Below are positions 29,317 to 39,163 of a DNA stretch of 64,000 nt, piece by piece. Numbering within the stretch: the first letter of the stretch is position 1; every line of letters begins with the position of its first letter. A program made the translations under genes and the position numbers. The stretch is from Paracoccaceae bacterium (GTDB lineage: Bacteria; Pseudomonadota; Alphaproteobacteria; Rhodobacterales; Rhodobacteraceae), in NCBI GenBank assembly GCA_050331395.1, contig JBHJGX010000017.1, positions 5,660-69,659 of the forward strand, given 5' to 3'. Below the pieces are notes generated by a model. That model saw only the letters and a program-made list of their open reading frames with translations, searched no databases and had not been told where the DNA came from.

Positions 29317-31053
29317 TCAGTTCGCGTCCTGCCAGCGCTTGATCAGGTCCTCATAAGCGACCGTCTCGCCCTGCGGCTTCTCGTTGTCGAGTTTGGGCTT
29401 TGGCGAGCCGGGCTGCGAGAGCCAGTACTCCGCCTCGCGGGGCTCGTTGAGGCGCGGACCGCACCCGTTGTAGACGCCGGCCTGCTCGTCCGCCGCCTGC
29501 ATCCGCGCCATCACCGTGTCCATTTCCTGTGCGAGCCGGTCCATCGCTTCCTGCGGCGTAAACGCGCCCGAATTCACGTCGCCGATCTGCTGCCACCAGA
29601 TCTGGGCGAGCTTGGGGTAGTCGGGCACATTGATGCCGGTCGGGGACCACAGCACCCGGTCCGGCGAGCGATAGAACTCGACCAGACCGCCGAGCTTGGG
29701 CGCGCGTTCGGTAAAGCTCTCGTGCCGAACGGTACTGTCACGGATGAAGGTCAGACCCACATGGCTCTTGCGGACATCGACGGTTTTCGACGTCACGAAT
29801 TGCGCATAGAGCCAAGCCGCTTTACGCCGCTCGACGGGGGTCGACGTGAACAGTGTCCATGAACCCGCATCCTGATAGCCGAGCTTCTGGCCTTCTTCCC
29901 AGTAGGGGCCGTGGGGCGACGGCGCCATCCGCCAGAGCGGGTTGCCCTCCGCATCCACAGTGTTGTTGCCGTCGGACTGGGGCGCGACCATCGACTGGGT
30001 AAAGGCCGTATACCAAAAGATCTGCTGCGCCACGTTGCCCTGCGAGAGCGCCGGCAAGGACTGGTAGAAGTCATAGTTCGCGGCCGCGGGCGGCGCGTAT
30101 TTCCGAAGCCACTCGTCCCATTTGCGGATCGCGTAAACCGCCGCCGGCCCGTTCGCCGCGCCGCCGCGCGTCACCGACGCGCCGACCGGGTTACAGCTGC
30201 CCTCGGGCATCCGGATGCCCCACTCGTCCACCGGCACGCCGTTCGGCCGCCCGGTCGAGCCTGCGCCCGCCATCGAGAGCCAGGCATCGGTCATTCGCCA
30301 GCCGAGATCGGGCGCACGCTTGCCGTAATCCATATGGCCGTAGATCCGTACGCCGTCGATCTCGCGCACATGTTCCGAGAAAAACTCGGCGATATCCTCA
30401 TAAGCCGACCAGTTGACCGGCACGCCGAGATCGTAACCATAGATCTCGCGGAACTGCTCCTGAAAGTCCTCTCGGTCGAACCAGTCTTTGCGGAACCAGT
30501 AGAGATTGGCGAATTGCTGGTCGGGCAACTGATAGAGTTTCCCATCGGGCCCGGTGGTGAAGGAAATTCCCATGAAATCGTCGAGGTCGAGACCCGGGTT
30601 GGTAACCTCCGCGCCCTCGCCTGCCATCCAGTCGGTCAGGTTCTGCGCAAGCCCGAGCCGCGCATGGGTACCGATCAGGTCGCTGTCGTTCACATAGGCG
30701 TCGTAGAGGTTCCGGCCGGTCTGAAGCTGGGTTTGGACAGCCTGCACCACCTCGCCCTCGCCGAGCAGCTGGTGGTTCACCCGGATGCCGGTGATCTCCT
30801 CGAACGCCCGGGTCAGGGTCTCGGCCTCGTAGCTGTGCGTCGGGATCGTTTCGGAGAGGACGTTGATCTCCATCCCGGCGAACGGCTCAGCGGCCTCGAT
30901 GAACCACTCCATCTCCGCGAGCTGCTCCTCGCGGCTGAGCGCGGAGGGCTGAAATTCGTCGTCGATCCAACGCTCTGCCGCGCCGATATCCGCAGCGGCC
31001 GGCGCGGCCAGAACGAGCGCGAGCGCAGACGCGACCCAAAGGCTTCTGATCAT
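29317..31053 (-). CDS. Glycerol ABC transporter substrate-binding protein (GlpV-like)
   Basis: Signal peptide; SETIPTHSYE, QLPDQQFANLYWFR and YQDAGSWT motifs; divergent from glpD-glpK. Confidence 0.9.
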   Translation of the reverse strand: MIRSLWVASALALVLAAPAAADIGAAERWIDDEFQPSALSREEQLAEMEWFIEAAEPFAGMEINVLSETIPTHSYEAETLTRAFEEITGIRVNHQLLGEGEVVQAVQTQLQTGRNLYDAYVNDSDLIGTHARLGLAQNLTDWMAGEGAEVTNPGLDLDDFMGISFTTGPDGKLYQLPDQQFANLYWFRKDWFDREDFQEQFREIYGYDLGVPVNWSAYEDIAEFFSEHVREIDGVRIYGHMDYGKRAPDLGWRMTDAWLSMAGAGSTGRPNGVPVDEWGIRMPEGSCNPVGASVTRGGAANGPAAVYAIRKWDEWLRKYAPPAAANYDFYQSLPALSQGNVAQQIFWYTAFTQSMVAPQSDGNNTVDAEGNPLWRMAPSPHGPYWEEGQKLGYQDAGSWTLFTSTPVERRKAAWLYAQFVTSKTVDVRKSHVGLTFIRDSTVRHESFTERAPKLGGLVEFYRSPDRVLWSPTGINVPDYPKLAQIWWQQIGDVNSGAFTPQEAMDRLAQEMDTVMARMQAADEQAGVYNGCGPRLNEPREAEYWLSQPGSPKPKLDNEKPQGETVAYEDLIKRWQDAN

Positions 31054-31230
31054 CCGATCCTCCCTGATCTGGGCTGGCTCTCCCGACCAACCTCGGCGCA
31101 AAGACACCACCATCGGACCCGGTGGTCAACGCTTTTCACCGGCCGCAGGCGCGAGCGGCCGGCAGCCTTCGGCGGGGCCCGCGGGTGGAGGCTTCGTGGC
31201 AAGAGAAGACTGAAACTTCCGCACCTCGGA

Positions 31231-31246
31231 AAAACGCGCGCGTTTT
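31231..31246. promoter_or_regulatory. Perfect 16-bp palindrome in the glp divergent promoter region
   Basis: AAAACGCGCGCGTTTT, followed by TTCG/CGAA half-sites at about 31266-31275. Confidence 0.4.
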
Positions 31247-31337
31247 CGGGGCTCTGCCCGTCGGATTCGCCGAACACGGTTCTGATCGAGCCGGTGCAAG
31301 CGATATGGTAAGGACTGTGCGCAAAGGAGGAGCCAAT

Positions 31338-32861
31338 ATGACCAGCGAGATCTTCGACCTCGCCATCGTCGGTGGTGGCGTAAACGGCTGCGGGATCGCC
31401 CGGGATGCCGTCGGCCGCGGCCTGAGCGTCACGCTTTGCGAACAAGGCGACCTCGCACAGGCGACCTCGTCGTCCTCGACAAAATTGTTCCACGGCGGGC
31501 TCCGTTATCTCGAACACTACGAGTTCCGGTTGGTCCGCCAGAGCCTCGTCGAACGCGAAGTCCTGCTCCGAGCCATGCCGCATATATCTTGGCCCATGCG
31601 CTTCGTGCTGCCGCATCATCGGGGATTGCGCCCCGCCTGGCTGCTGCGCCTCGGTCTTTTTCTCTACGATCATCTGGGCGGACGGAAAATCCTGCCTGGA
31701 ACGCGGACCGTGGATTTGCGCAGCGATCCGGTGGGCCGGGCGCTTAAGCCGGATTTCACCAAGGCGTTCGAGTACTCGGATTGTTGGGTCGAGGACTCGA
31801 TGCTCGTTGCACTCAATGCCCGCGACGCGGCCGACCGGGGCGCCGAGATCCGCACCCGCACTCGGCTGGAGACCGCCGAGCGGCGTGACGGCCTTTGGCA
31901 TCTGACCTATCGGGATGTCGAGACCGGCGCGACCGAGGCCCGGCGAGCCCGCGGGCTCGTCAATGCGGGCGGCCCATGGGTCGAAGACGTGATCCGTGGC
32001 GCGCTTCGCCAAAATACCGCCGCACGCATTCGCCTCGTCCGCGGCAGTCATCTTGTGGTGCCGCGGCTGACCGACCATGATCGCGCCTATATTTTTCAAA
32101 ACTCCGACCAGAGGATCGTATTCGCGATCCCTTATGAAGAGGACTTCACCCTCATCGGCACGACGGATGTCGAGCATAAGGACCTGGACGACATTCGCTG
32201 TACGGACGAGGAAGCGGAGTATCTGTGCCGCGCCGCGTCCGAGTATTTCGCTGAACCGGTCACGGCCGACCGCATCGTTTGGCGCTATGCGGGGGTACGG
32301 CCGCTCTATGACGACGGACAGTCCTCTGCGTCGAAGGCCACTCGGGATTACGTTTTGACGGCCGAGGATGCGGACGGACAGGCGCCGCTTCTCAATGTCT
32401 TCGGCGGGAAAATCACGACATTTCGAAAGCTTGCCGAAGCCGCGCTCGAAAAGCTGCGGCCATGGTATCCGGCCATGGGTGGCGGATGGACCGCGCGCGC
32501 GGCGCTGCCGGGCGGCGACTTTCCCCATGACGGGGTCGCGGCGCTTGTCGCCGATTTGTCGGCCGAACACCCCTATCTTGGCGTGCGGCGGGCCCGGCGC
32601 TTGGTGCGCGCCTATGGCACCGAGGCGCGGTTGATGCTGGACGGAGCGACCTCGGAAGCCGATCTCGGTCCTGAATTCGGCGCCGGTCTGACCGCGCGGG
32701 AGGTTCGTTGGATGCGCGACCGGCTTTGGGCGCGAACGGCCGAGGATATCCTTTGGCGCCGATCGAAACTCGGCCTCCGCGTAACCGCTGAGGAAACAGC
32801 ACGGCTCCGGCGTTTCCTCGCCGAGGACGGTCCATCGAGCGCCCGAGCCGCGGCCGAGTGA
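31338..32861 (+). CDS. glpD: Aerobic glycerol-3-phosphate dehydrogenase
   Basis: DLAIVGGGVNGCGIARDAVGRG, TSSSSTKLFHGGLRYLE and GGKITTFR; AGGAGG RBS. Confidence 0.97.
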   Translation: MTSEIFDLAIVGGGVNGCGIARDAVGRGLSVTLCEQGDLAQATSSSSTKLFHGGLRYLEHYEFRLVRQSLVEREVLLRAMPHISWPMRFVLPHHRGLRPAWLLRLGLFLYDHLGGRKILPGTRTVDLRSDPVGRALKPDFTKAFEYSDCWVEDSMLVALNARDAADRGAEIRTRTRLETAERRDGLWHLTYRDVETGATEARRARGLVNAGGPWVEDVIRGALRQNTAARIRLVRGSHLVVPRLTDHDRAYIFQNSDQRIVFAIPYEEDFTLIGTTDVEHKDLDDIRCTDEEAEYLCRAASEYFAEPVTADRIVWRYAGVRPLYDDGQSSASKATRDYVLTAEDADGQAPLLNVFGGKITTFRKLAEAALEKLRPWYPAMGGGWTARAALPGGDFPHDGVAALVADLSAEHPYLGVRRARRLVRAYGTEARLMLDGATSEADLGPEFGAGLTAREVRWMRDRLWARTAEDILWRRSKLGLRVTAEETARLRRFLAEDGPSSARAAAE

Positions 32862-32939
32862 GCGCAGCCGACGCCTGGTCCCCTTGCCAACGCCCCCCGA
32901 CCGCGGTTCGATGCGAAAAAACGGTAAGGGGAGGGAGAT

Positions 32940-34445
32940 ATGACGACACCGACAGGCAGGGCGGGCCACGTGCTCGCCATCGACCAGGGGACAACCTCGA
33001 CCAGAGCCATGGTCTTCGACGGCGCCTTTCGCGTCGTCGCCGTCGCACAGCAAGAGTTTCCGCAGTATTTTCCTCAATCGGGCTGGGTCGAGCACGATCC
33101 GGAGGATCTTTGGGCGACAACGGTCGCCACCTGCCGTGCGGCACTCGAACGCGCGGGCTTGCGCGCCGGGGACGTGGCAGCCATCGGGGTCACGAACCAA
33201 CGCGAAACCACACTCGTCTGGGATCGCACCACAGGCCGCGCAATCCATCCCGCGATCGTCTGGCAGGATCGCCGCACCGCAGAACGCGCCGCGCGACTTC
33301 GCGACCAGGGCCACGAAACGCTGATCTCGCAGCGGACCGGGCTGCTCTGTGACCCGTATTTCTCCGGAACGAAAATCGGCTGGATCCTCGATCGGGTGAA
33401 CGGCGCGCGACGTCGGGCCGAGGCGGGCGAGCTCGCGTTCGGGACCGTCGACAGTTGGCTGATTTGGCGGCTCACGGCAGGAGCGGTCCATGTGACGGAC
33501 GCGACCAATGCGGCGCGCACGCTTCTCTTCGACATTCGCGCGAACCGTTGGGACCCGGAGATTTGCGCGCTTCTCGGTGTGCCGGAGGCGATGCTGCCCG
33601 AAGTGCGCGACAGCGCCGGCAGTTTCGGGACAGCGCGGGCGGATTTGTTCGGCGGCGCGATCGAGATCCGAGGGGTCGCCGGCGACCAACAGGCCGCCAC
33701 CGTTGGCCAAGCCTGTTTCCGTCCGGGGATGATCAAATCGACCTATGGCACAGGATGTTTCGCGGTGGTGAACACCGGCGACCGTCCGATCGCGTCCGAA
33801 AACCGGTTGCTCACCACCATCGCCTATCGGCTCGGCGGCCGCACGACCTATGCGCTCGAAGGCTCGATCTTCGTTGCCGGTGCCGTGGTCCAATGGCTGC
33901 GCGATGGCCTCAAGATCATCCGCGACGCGCCCGAGACCGAACCACTTGCCAAAAGCAGCGACCCCGAGGCGGCCGTCTATCTGGTGCCAGCTTTTGTCGG
34001 CCTCGGCGCGCCTTATTGGGACGCGGACTGCCGGGGCGCGAACTTCGGGCTCACACGGAATACAGGGCCAGCGGAGTTTGCGCGGGCGGCGCTCGAGAGC
34101 GTTGGTTATCAGACCCGCGATCTGCTCGAGGCGATGCACCGGGATCTGGGACCGATGGGGGAGACGGTACTCCGTGTCGATGGGGGGATGACTGCGTCGG
34201 ATTGGTCGATGCAGTTTCTCGCCGACATCCTGGGCGCGCCTGTCGACCGGCCGAACGTCCTTGAGACCACCGCGCTCGGGGCCGCATGGCTCGCCGGATC
34301 TGCGGCTGGGGTGTATCCGGATCAAGACGGTTTTGCCGCCGCATGGGCGGTAGATCGCCGATTTGAGCCGTCTATGGAGGGCGAGCTGCGGGAGCGCAAA
34401 TATCTCGGTTGGAAGGACGCGGTCGCCCGGACATTGACCCGTTAG
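32940..34445 (+). CDS. glpK: Glycerol kinase
   Basis: [40 protein letters not shown] and RVDGGM motifs. Confidence 0.98.
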   Translation: MTTPTGRAGHVLAIDQGTTSTRAMVFDGAFRVVAVAQQEFPQYFPQSGWVEHDPEDLWATTVATCRAALERAGLRAGDVAAIGVTNQRETTLVWDRTTGRAIHPAIVWQDRRTAERAARLRDQGHETLISQRTGLLCDPYFSGTKIGWILDRVNGARRRAEAGELAFGTVDSWLIWRLTAGAVHVTDATNAARTLLFDIRANRWDPEICALLGVPEAMLPEVRDSAGSFGTARADLFGGAIEIRGVAGDQQAATVGQACFRPGMIKSTYGTGCFAVVNTGDRPIASENRLLTTIAYRLGGRTTYALEGSIFVAGAVVQWLRDGLKIIRDAPETEPLAKSSDPEAAVYLVPAFVGLGAPYWDADCRGANFGLTRNTGPAEFARAALESVGYQTRDLLEAMHRDLGPMGETVLRVDGGMTASDWSMQFLADILGAPVDRPNVLETTALGAAWLAGSAAGVYPDQDGFAAAWAVDRRFEPSMEGELRERKYLGWKDAVARTLTR

Positions 34446-34685
34446 CCTGATATGTCGTCGGCGGAGAGGCGGGACGCCAAGCATCCAGAGAAGGACGACC
34501 ACATATTCGACACCGCCCCGCCACCAGATCGCGTCCCTTCTTTCTCTCGCCCGCATAACCGTGATCTACCCCGCGAAGGTTAATCGCGGCTGAATACGGC
34601 GCATGGGGCTCGCGGACCTGCGCCTTTGTGTTAAACCACTGGGGCTTTTCGTATTCCTGCCCGCTCGATCCAAGGAGGCCCCTTC

Positions 34686-35315
34686 ATGCCGATCCGCGCC
34701 GTTTCGCTCGCCTCGCTATTCTATCTACTGGTTGGAATAGGCGCGGCGCCGGGTTTCGACCTGACAGAAGATAGGGAGCTGCGGGCAGGCCCGACTGAGG
34801 CCGCCCCATCGCTGGCGACCCTCTCGGTCGGCGACAGCGTCACGCAGTTCCGCTGCCGCGAGACCGACGGCGACCGCTGGTGCCTGATTGCCGCCGGCAC
34901 CGCAATCGGCTGGGTGCCCGCCGAGACCTTGAGCGAAGGCCGCCAGGAGCCCGCAATCCGGGAGGGACTGCTCGACAGTGTTTGGACCGTCGCGCACCTG
35001 CAGGCCGAGCCGCCGAGCTTGATCGAGGCGCCTTGGATCGGCTTTGTCCAAGGCCGCGCCGGCGGGTTCGCCGGGTGCAACCGCTTCGAAGCGCCCTTCG
35101 GAACAGCGGAAAACGACGAAATTCACTTCAGCCCCCTTGCACTTACGCGCAAGGCCTGCCCGGGGCGGATGGAAGCGATCGAGCGACGCTTCGTCGGCGC
35201 CATCTGGGCCGCGCGATACTGGGCGGCGAGCGAAGACGCGATGGCGCTCCTCGATGGCGACGGACGGATACTGGCCGGGTTCGTGCGGCGAGACGGCGAA
35301 GCGATCGATCAATAG
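34686..35315 (+). CDS. Exported SH3-like + META (HslJ-like) domain protein
   Basis: Signal peptide; RAGP...GWVP SH3-like segment; GFAGCNRF and LTRKACP META motifs. Confidence 0.78.
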   Translation: MPIRAVSLASLFYLLVGIGAAPGFDLTEDRELRAGPTEAAPSLATLSVGDSVTQFRCRETDGDRWCLIAAGTAIGWVPAETLSEGRQEPAIREGLLDSVWTVAHLQAEPPSLIEAPWIGFVQGRAGGFAGCNRFEAPFGTAENDEIHFSPLALTRKACPGRMEAIERRFVGAIWAARYWAASEDAMALLDGDGRILAGFVRRDGEAIDQ

Positions 35316-35393
35316 GCGTCTATCGACCACCAGGCACGCTTGATTCTACCGATCGGACGATAGAACTCTACATCGCTCGGCAGGGTGCTGGGC

Positions 35394-35780
35394 TCAGGCC
35401 CTTTCCAATGCGTAGCGACGGAGGACGTCGAGCGGCACGATATCGAGCGCCCGCCGATGGGTGGCCGTCAGTTTGACCCGCGGCGCCCGACCATGTTCAT
35501 GCGCCTCCAGAAAGCGGGCCGCACAGAGACACCATTGGCTGCCAGCGGTCAGGCCTGCGAACCCGAACTCGGGCCGCGGGGTCGAGAGATCGTTCCCCAT
35601 GCTCTTCGAAAAGCTGAGAAAATCCTCGGTCATCACCGCGCAGACCGTATGGCTTCCGCGATCCATCGCATTCGTGTCGCAACAGCCGTTGCGGAAGAAG
35701 CCAGTGACCGGATCGTGGCTGCAGGGCTCGAGCAACTCACCTAACACGTTGATCGACGGATCGAGTTCCACGGCGCGCAT
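35394..35780 (-). CDS. DUF2237 family protein
   Basis: NVLGELLEPCS, TGFFRNGCC, GNDLSTPRPEFGF and WCLCAARF motifs. Confidence 0.9.
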   Translation of the reverse strand: MRAVELDPSINVLGELLEPCSHDPVTGFFRNGCCDTNAMDRGSHTVCAVMTEDFLSFSKSMGNDLSTPRPEFGFAGLTAGSQWCLCAARFLEAHEHGRAPRVKLTATHRRALDIVPLDVLRRYALERA

Positions 35781-35853
35781 GCGACACTCCCTTGTACGGT
35801 TCCTTGCCGACCACGATTTAGCCGCAACCGATCCGAGAAACAGGAGAGACCCG

Positions 35854-36411
35854 ATGCGACTGCGGAGACGCGATTTTCTCTCAAGCGCCATAGCATTGGC
35901 AACACTGGCAAAACCGGCGCTCGGCGCTGAGCGGGAGGTCATCGAGGCCCGTGTCGAGTTGGCGCTCCAGCGGCTTTATCGCGACGTCCCGGGAGCAGCG
36001 GAGCTGCGCGACCGGGCTGTCGGCCTGTTGGTGATGCCGGCGGTGGTGAAGGGCGGTTTCCTGTTGGGCGGAACCTATGGCGAAGGGGCGCTGAGGCTTG
36101 CGGAGGACGGCTTCCAGGAAACGGCCGGCTATTATTCGGTTGCCGGCGTATCGCTCGGGCTGCAGGCCGGTGTGCAGGAGACGAGCCACGTCCTCTTCTT
36201 CCTGACCGATCGATCGCTAGAGCGCTTCCGGACATCGGACGGGTGGGAAATCGGCGCCGATGCCGAGGCGACCTTTCCGGACACCACCGCCAATATCGGA
36301 CTGACCTCGACGGAGTTTCGCAAGCCCATCGTGGCGCTCGTCTTTGCCGGATCGGGCCTCCTGGTCGGGGCGAGCCTGGAGGGCGCGAAATACTCCCGGA
36401 TCGTCCGATAG
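35854..36411 (+). CDS. YSC84/SYLF lipid-binding domain protein with twin-arginine signal
   Basis: RRRDFL Tat motif; GGTYGEG, SLGLQAG and GASLEGAK motifs. Confidence 0.85.
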   Translation: MRLRRRDFLSSAIALATLAKPALGAEREVIEARVELALQRLYRDVPGAAELRDRAVGLLVMPAVVKGGFLLGGTYGEGALRLAEDGFQETAGYYSVAGVSLGLQAGVQETSHVLFFLTDRSLERFRTSDGWEIGADAEATFPDTTANIGLTSTEFRKPIVALVFAGSGLLVGASLEGAKYSRIVR

Positions 36412-36449
36412 ATAGGCGGACCAGCACAGTTTCGGACCCTGGGCCACCC

Positions 36450-36983
36450 CTAGGCGGCCGGATGCGACGCGGACCCTTCCTGGCAGGCGCCGCAGCGGCC
36501 GATGACCTCGACGATCGTGGTCTCCGGCACGAAGCCGGTGCGCACCGCGGCCGCCCGAAGCGGCTCGCCGATATCGCCCACGGGCATCTCAGCCACCGCG
36601 CCGCACTCCCGGCAGATCAAGAAAGAGGCATCGTGACCGGGCTCGTTGCTGTCGGTGCCATAGCCTTCCTCGGGACAGGCGCAGGCCACATAGGCATTCA
36701 ACCGCTCGATCCGGTGGGCAAAACCGTTCTTCACGAGGAAATCGAGCGCCCGGTAAGCGACCGGCGGCTGCGGCTGCGCCCCTTCCGAGGTGAGACGGCG
36801 AAGCACGTCGTAGGCACCGAGCGCACGATGGCTTTCCAGGAGGATTTCCATCACCCGGAGACGGAGCCCGGTCAGCCGCAACCCCCGTGCCCGGCAGGCC
36901 GCGCGCATCGCCTCGAGGGCGGCGGTTCGGCACGCCGCGTGGTTGTGCGCGCGAAACACGTCGATGTTCGGATCGTCCGCCAC
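36450..36983 (-). CDS. zur: Fur family regulator, Zur-like
   Basis: HNHAAC, GLRLT, GAYDVL, PPVAYRALDFL, HRIERLNAY and FLICRECG; GTG start with GGAG RBS. Confidence 0.82.
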   Translation of the reverse strand: MADDPNIDVFRAHNHAACRTAALEAMRAACRARGLRLTGLRLRVMEILLESHRALGAYDVLRRLTSEGAQPQPPVAYRALDFLVKNGFAHRIERLNAYVACACPEEGYGTDSNEPGHDASFLICRECGAVAEMPVGDIGEPLRAAAVRTGFVPETTIVEVIGRCGACQEGSASHPAA

Positions 36984-37130
36984 GGGGTCTCCTCGTACGG
37001 TTGCGAGGTTAGATATCACGAAACTGACGGCGTGCGACCCCCGATCCGCCCGGTGTAGGGCCCGCGACCCGGCACCGCTGCAGGGCTGCCCCAACCGCCG
37101 ATACGCGGTGTCCGACGGCCGTCTCAGAGA

Positions 37131-37742
37131 CTAGCCGGCGAGGAAGATGTGCAGCGCCACGGGGCCGTGTGCCCCCAATTGCAGCGTTTGCCCGATATCG
37201 GCCGAGCGCGAGGGGCCCGTGACCAAGTTTACCGTCCGCGGGTCCTGACCGAGCGCCCGCCAACGGGCCCACATCTCCTCATAGCCCGCCGTGACGTCCT
37301 CGGCCGCGAGATAGACAAAATGCGTCTCGCCAAGGAAGGTGAGCGTGACCGGGTTCTCGGGCCCCGATGCGAGGAGCAGCGTGCCGGTCTCGGCCGAGGC
37401 GAGCGGTGCGCGGGAGAGTGTTGCCGGCTCGACGAGGCGGCCGGGGCCGGTCGTCCGCTCGATCCCGCCCCAGTCCCGGTCGAAAAGCGGGTCGGTGCCG
37501 GTGCGGATTGCAGCCGGGAGATTGCGGCTGCGAAGTTCGTCGGCGAGGGCGGCCGGCAGCGCATCGGGTCCGGCGATCCGGCTGACGGTTGCATCGACGG
37601 CCTTCGCCTTCTGAACGAACTGCGCGAGGCGGGCCGTGCCCTCGGCGCGGGCCTGCGCGGGCACCGGTGCCGCTGGCACGGGGCCAGGCGCGCCGCTTGT
37701 CGTGTGCCGGATGCGGCCGAGGATCCGCTCCCGGGCGGTCAC
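37131..37742 (-). CDS. lutC: Lactate utilization protein C (LutC/YkgG)
   Basis: AETGTL and NLVTGPSRSADIGQTLQLGAHGP; GTG start overlapping the lutB stop. Confidence 0.9.
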   Translation of the reverse strand: MTARERILGRIRHTTSGAPGPVPAAPVPAQARAEGTARLAQFVQKAKAVDATVSRIAGPDALPAALADELRSRNLPAAIRTGTDPLFDRDWGGIERTTGPGRLVEPATLSRAPLASAETGTLLLASGPENPVTLTFLGETHFVYLAAEDVTAGYEEMWARWRALGQDPRTVNLVTGPSRSADIGQTLQLGAHGPVALHIFLAG

Positions 37743-39163
37743 CGGGGGCCCCTCCACTGGCTCTGGAATGTGCCGCCGACCGGGGGGACCGGGAAATCCC
37801 GCTCGCCGGTCCAGCCCGAACCGAGGGGCATCCAGCGAAGCCGCGGGCGCCCCCATCCAAGCAGTTTCAAACCGAAATTCGCAAACCGAGAAACCACCGC
37901 GTAAAGCCGCGGAGACCGCGCCACCCGCCGCCAGACGCCGAGCCCGTAGCGCGCTGCGGCGGGCGTCAGCCCTTTCTCAAACTCCTGCGCGCGATAGGCC
38001 CGCATCATCCGCGGCAACGGGATCCGCATTGGGCAGACGGCCTCGCAGCGCCCGCAGAAGGTGGAAGCGTTCGGCAGCTGACCGCCCTCCTTCACGCCGA
38101 TGAGAGACGGCGTCAGCACCGCCCCCATCGGCCCCGGATAGACCCAGCCATAGGCATGTCCGCCGACCGCGCCATAAACCGGGCAATGGTTCATGCAGGC
38201 GCCGCAACGGATACAGCGGAGCATGTCCGCGAACTCAGTGCCGAGCATTCCCGTGCGCCCGTTGTCGAGAAGCACCACGTGGAATTCTTCGGGCCCGTCC
38301 GGATCATCGGCCCGCCGCGGCCCCCTCGAGAAAGTCGTGTAGACCGAGCTCTCCTGCCCCGTCGCCGACCGCGCAAGCACCCGCAGGATCGTCGAAGCGC
38401 TCTCCAGATCCGGCACGATCTTCTCGATCGATGCCATGACCACATGGACCCGCGGGATCGACTGGGACAAGTCGCCATTGCCTTCGTTCGTCACGATGAT
38501 CGACTGGCCGGTCTCGGCGATGAGCATGTTCGCGCCGGTAATGCCGACCTCTGCGCTGAAATACTTCTCGCGGAGCACGCCGCGCGCCTCCGCCAGGAGC
38601 CCGGAAAGTTCGGACAGCGAGCGGCCCTCCGGCAGGTGGGTGTGCGCCTTGCGAAATTCGGCCTCGACCTCGGGCACGGTCACATGCACCGCCGGCGCGA
38701 TGATGTGCGACGGGATCTCGCCGCGGAGCTGGATGATGTATTCGCCCAGATCCGTCTCATGCGGGTGAATGCCGTGCGCGGCCAGGTGATCGTTGATCCC
38801 GCATTCCTCCGAGATCATCGACTTGCCTTTGTTCACCCGGCTCGCGCCGGCCTTCCGGCAGATCTCGAGGACGATCGCCCGGGCGTCCTCCGCCGTCTCG
38901 GCCCAGTGGACCTGCCCGCCCGAGGCGGCAACCTGCGCCTCATAGCGTTCGAGATAATGGTCGAGATGGGCGAGCACGTGGTTCTTGAGGTCGCGGGCGG
39001 CATCACGGATCGCGTCGAATTCGGGCATCGCTGCGCGAGCGGCGGCACGTTTCTTGACAAAGCCGCCGGCGCCGCCGGACATCGCCGACTGCAAGTTGCG
39101 GTTGGCGAGCGCCGCGCGGGCGTTTTCCTTAAAACGCGGGGTCGTCGGTTGATGGACGGTCAT
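37739..39163 (-). CDS. lutB: Lactate utilization protein B (Fe-S subunit)
   Basis: ETDLGEYIIQL, PSHIIAPAVH, CIRCGACMNHCPVY and STFCGRCEAVCP. Confidence 0.95.
   Translation of the reverse strand: MTVHQPTTPRFKENARAALANRNLQSAMSGGAGGFVKKRAAARAAMPEFDAIRDAARDLKNHVLAHLDHYLERYEAQVAASGGQVHWAETAEDARAIVLEICRKAGASRVNKGKSMISEECGINDHLAAHGIHPHETDLGEYIIQLRGEIPSHIIAPAVHVTVPEVEAEFRKAHTHLPEGRSLSELSGLLAEARGVLREKYFSAEVGITGANMLIAETGQSIIVTNEGNGDLSQSIPRVHVVMASIEKIVPDLESASTILRVLARSATGQESSVYTTFSRGPRRADDPDGPEEFHVVLLDNGRTGMLGTEFADMLRCIRCGACMNHCPVYGAVGGHAYGWVYPGPMGAVLTPSLIGVKEGGQLPNASTFCGRCEAVCPMRIPLPRMMRAYRAQEFEKGLTPAAARYGLGVWRRVARSPRLYAVVSRFANFGLKLLGWGRPRLRWMPLGSGWTGERDFPVPPVGGTFQSQWRGPR

Noticed and set aside
31050-34556. 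1168-aa minus-strand ORF
   Set aside because: It is the antisense shadow of glpD and glpK, which have full catalytic motifs. Long stop-free antisense frames are expected at this GC content, and it has no recognisable motifs.
34446-34560. Small ORFs after glpK (plus-strand MSSAERR..., minus-strand segment VLLWMLGVP)
   Set aside because: No RBS or coding signal for the first; the second resembles tiny membrane peptides only over 8 residues and then loses hydrophobicity.
37005-37025. Possible Zur box upstream of the zur-like gene (GTGATATCTAAC)
   Set aside because: Too degenerate and not palindromic enough to support.
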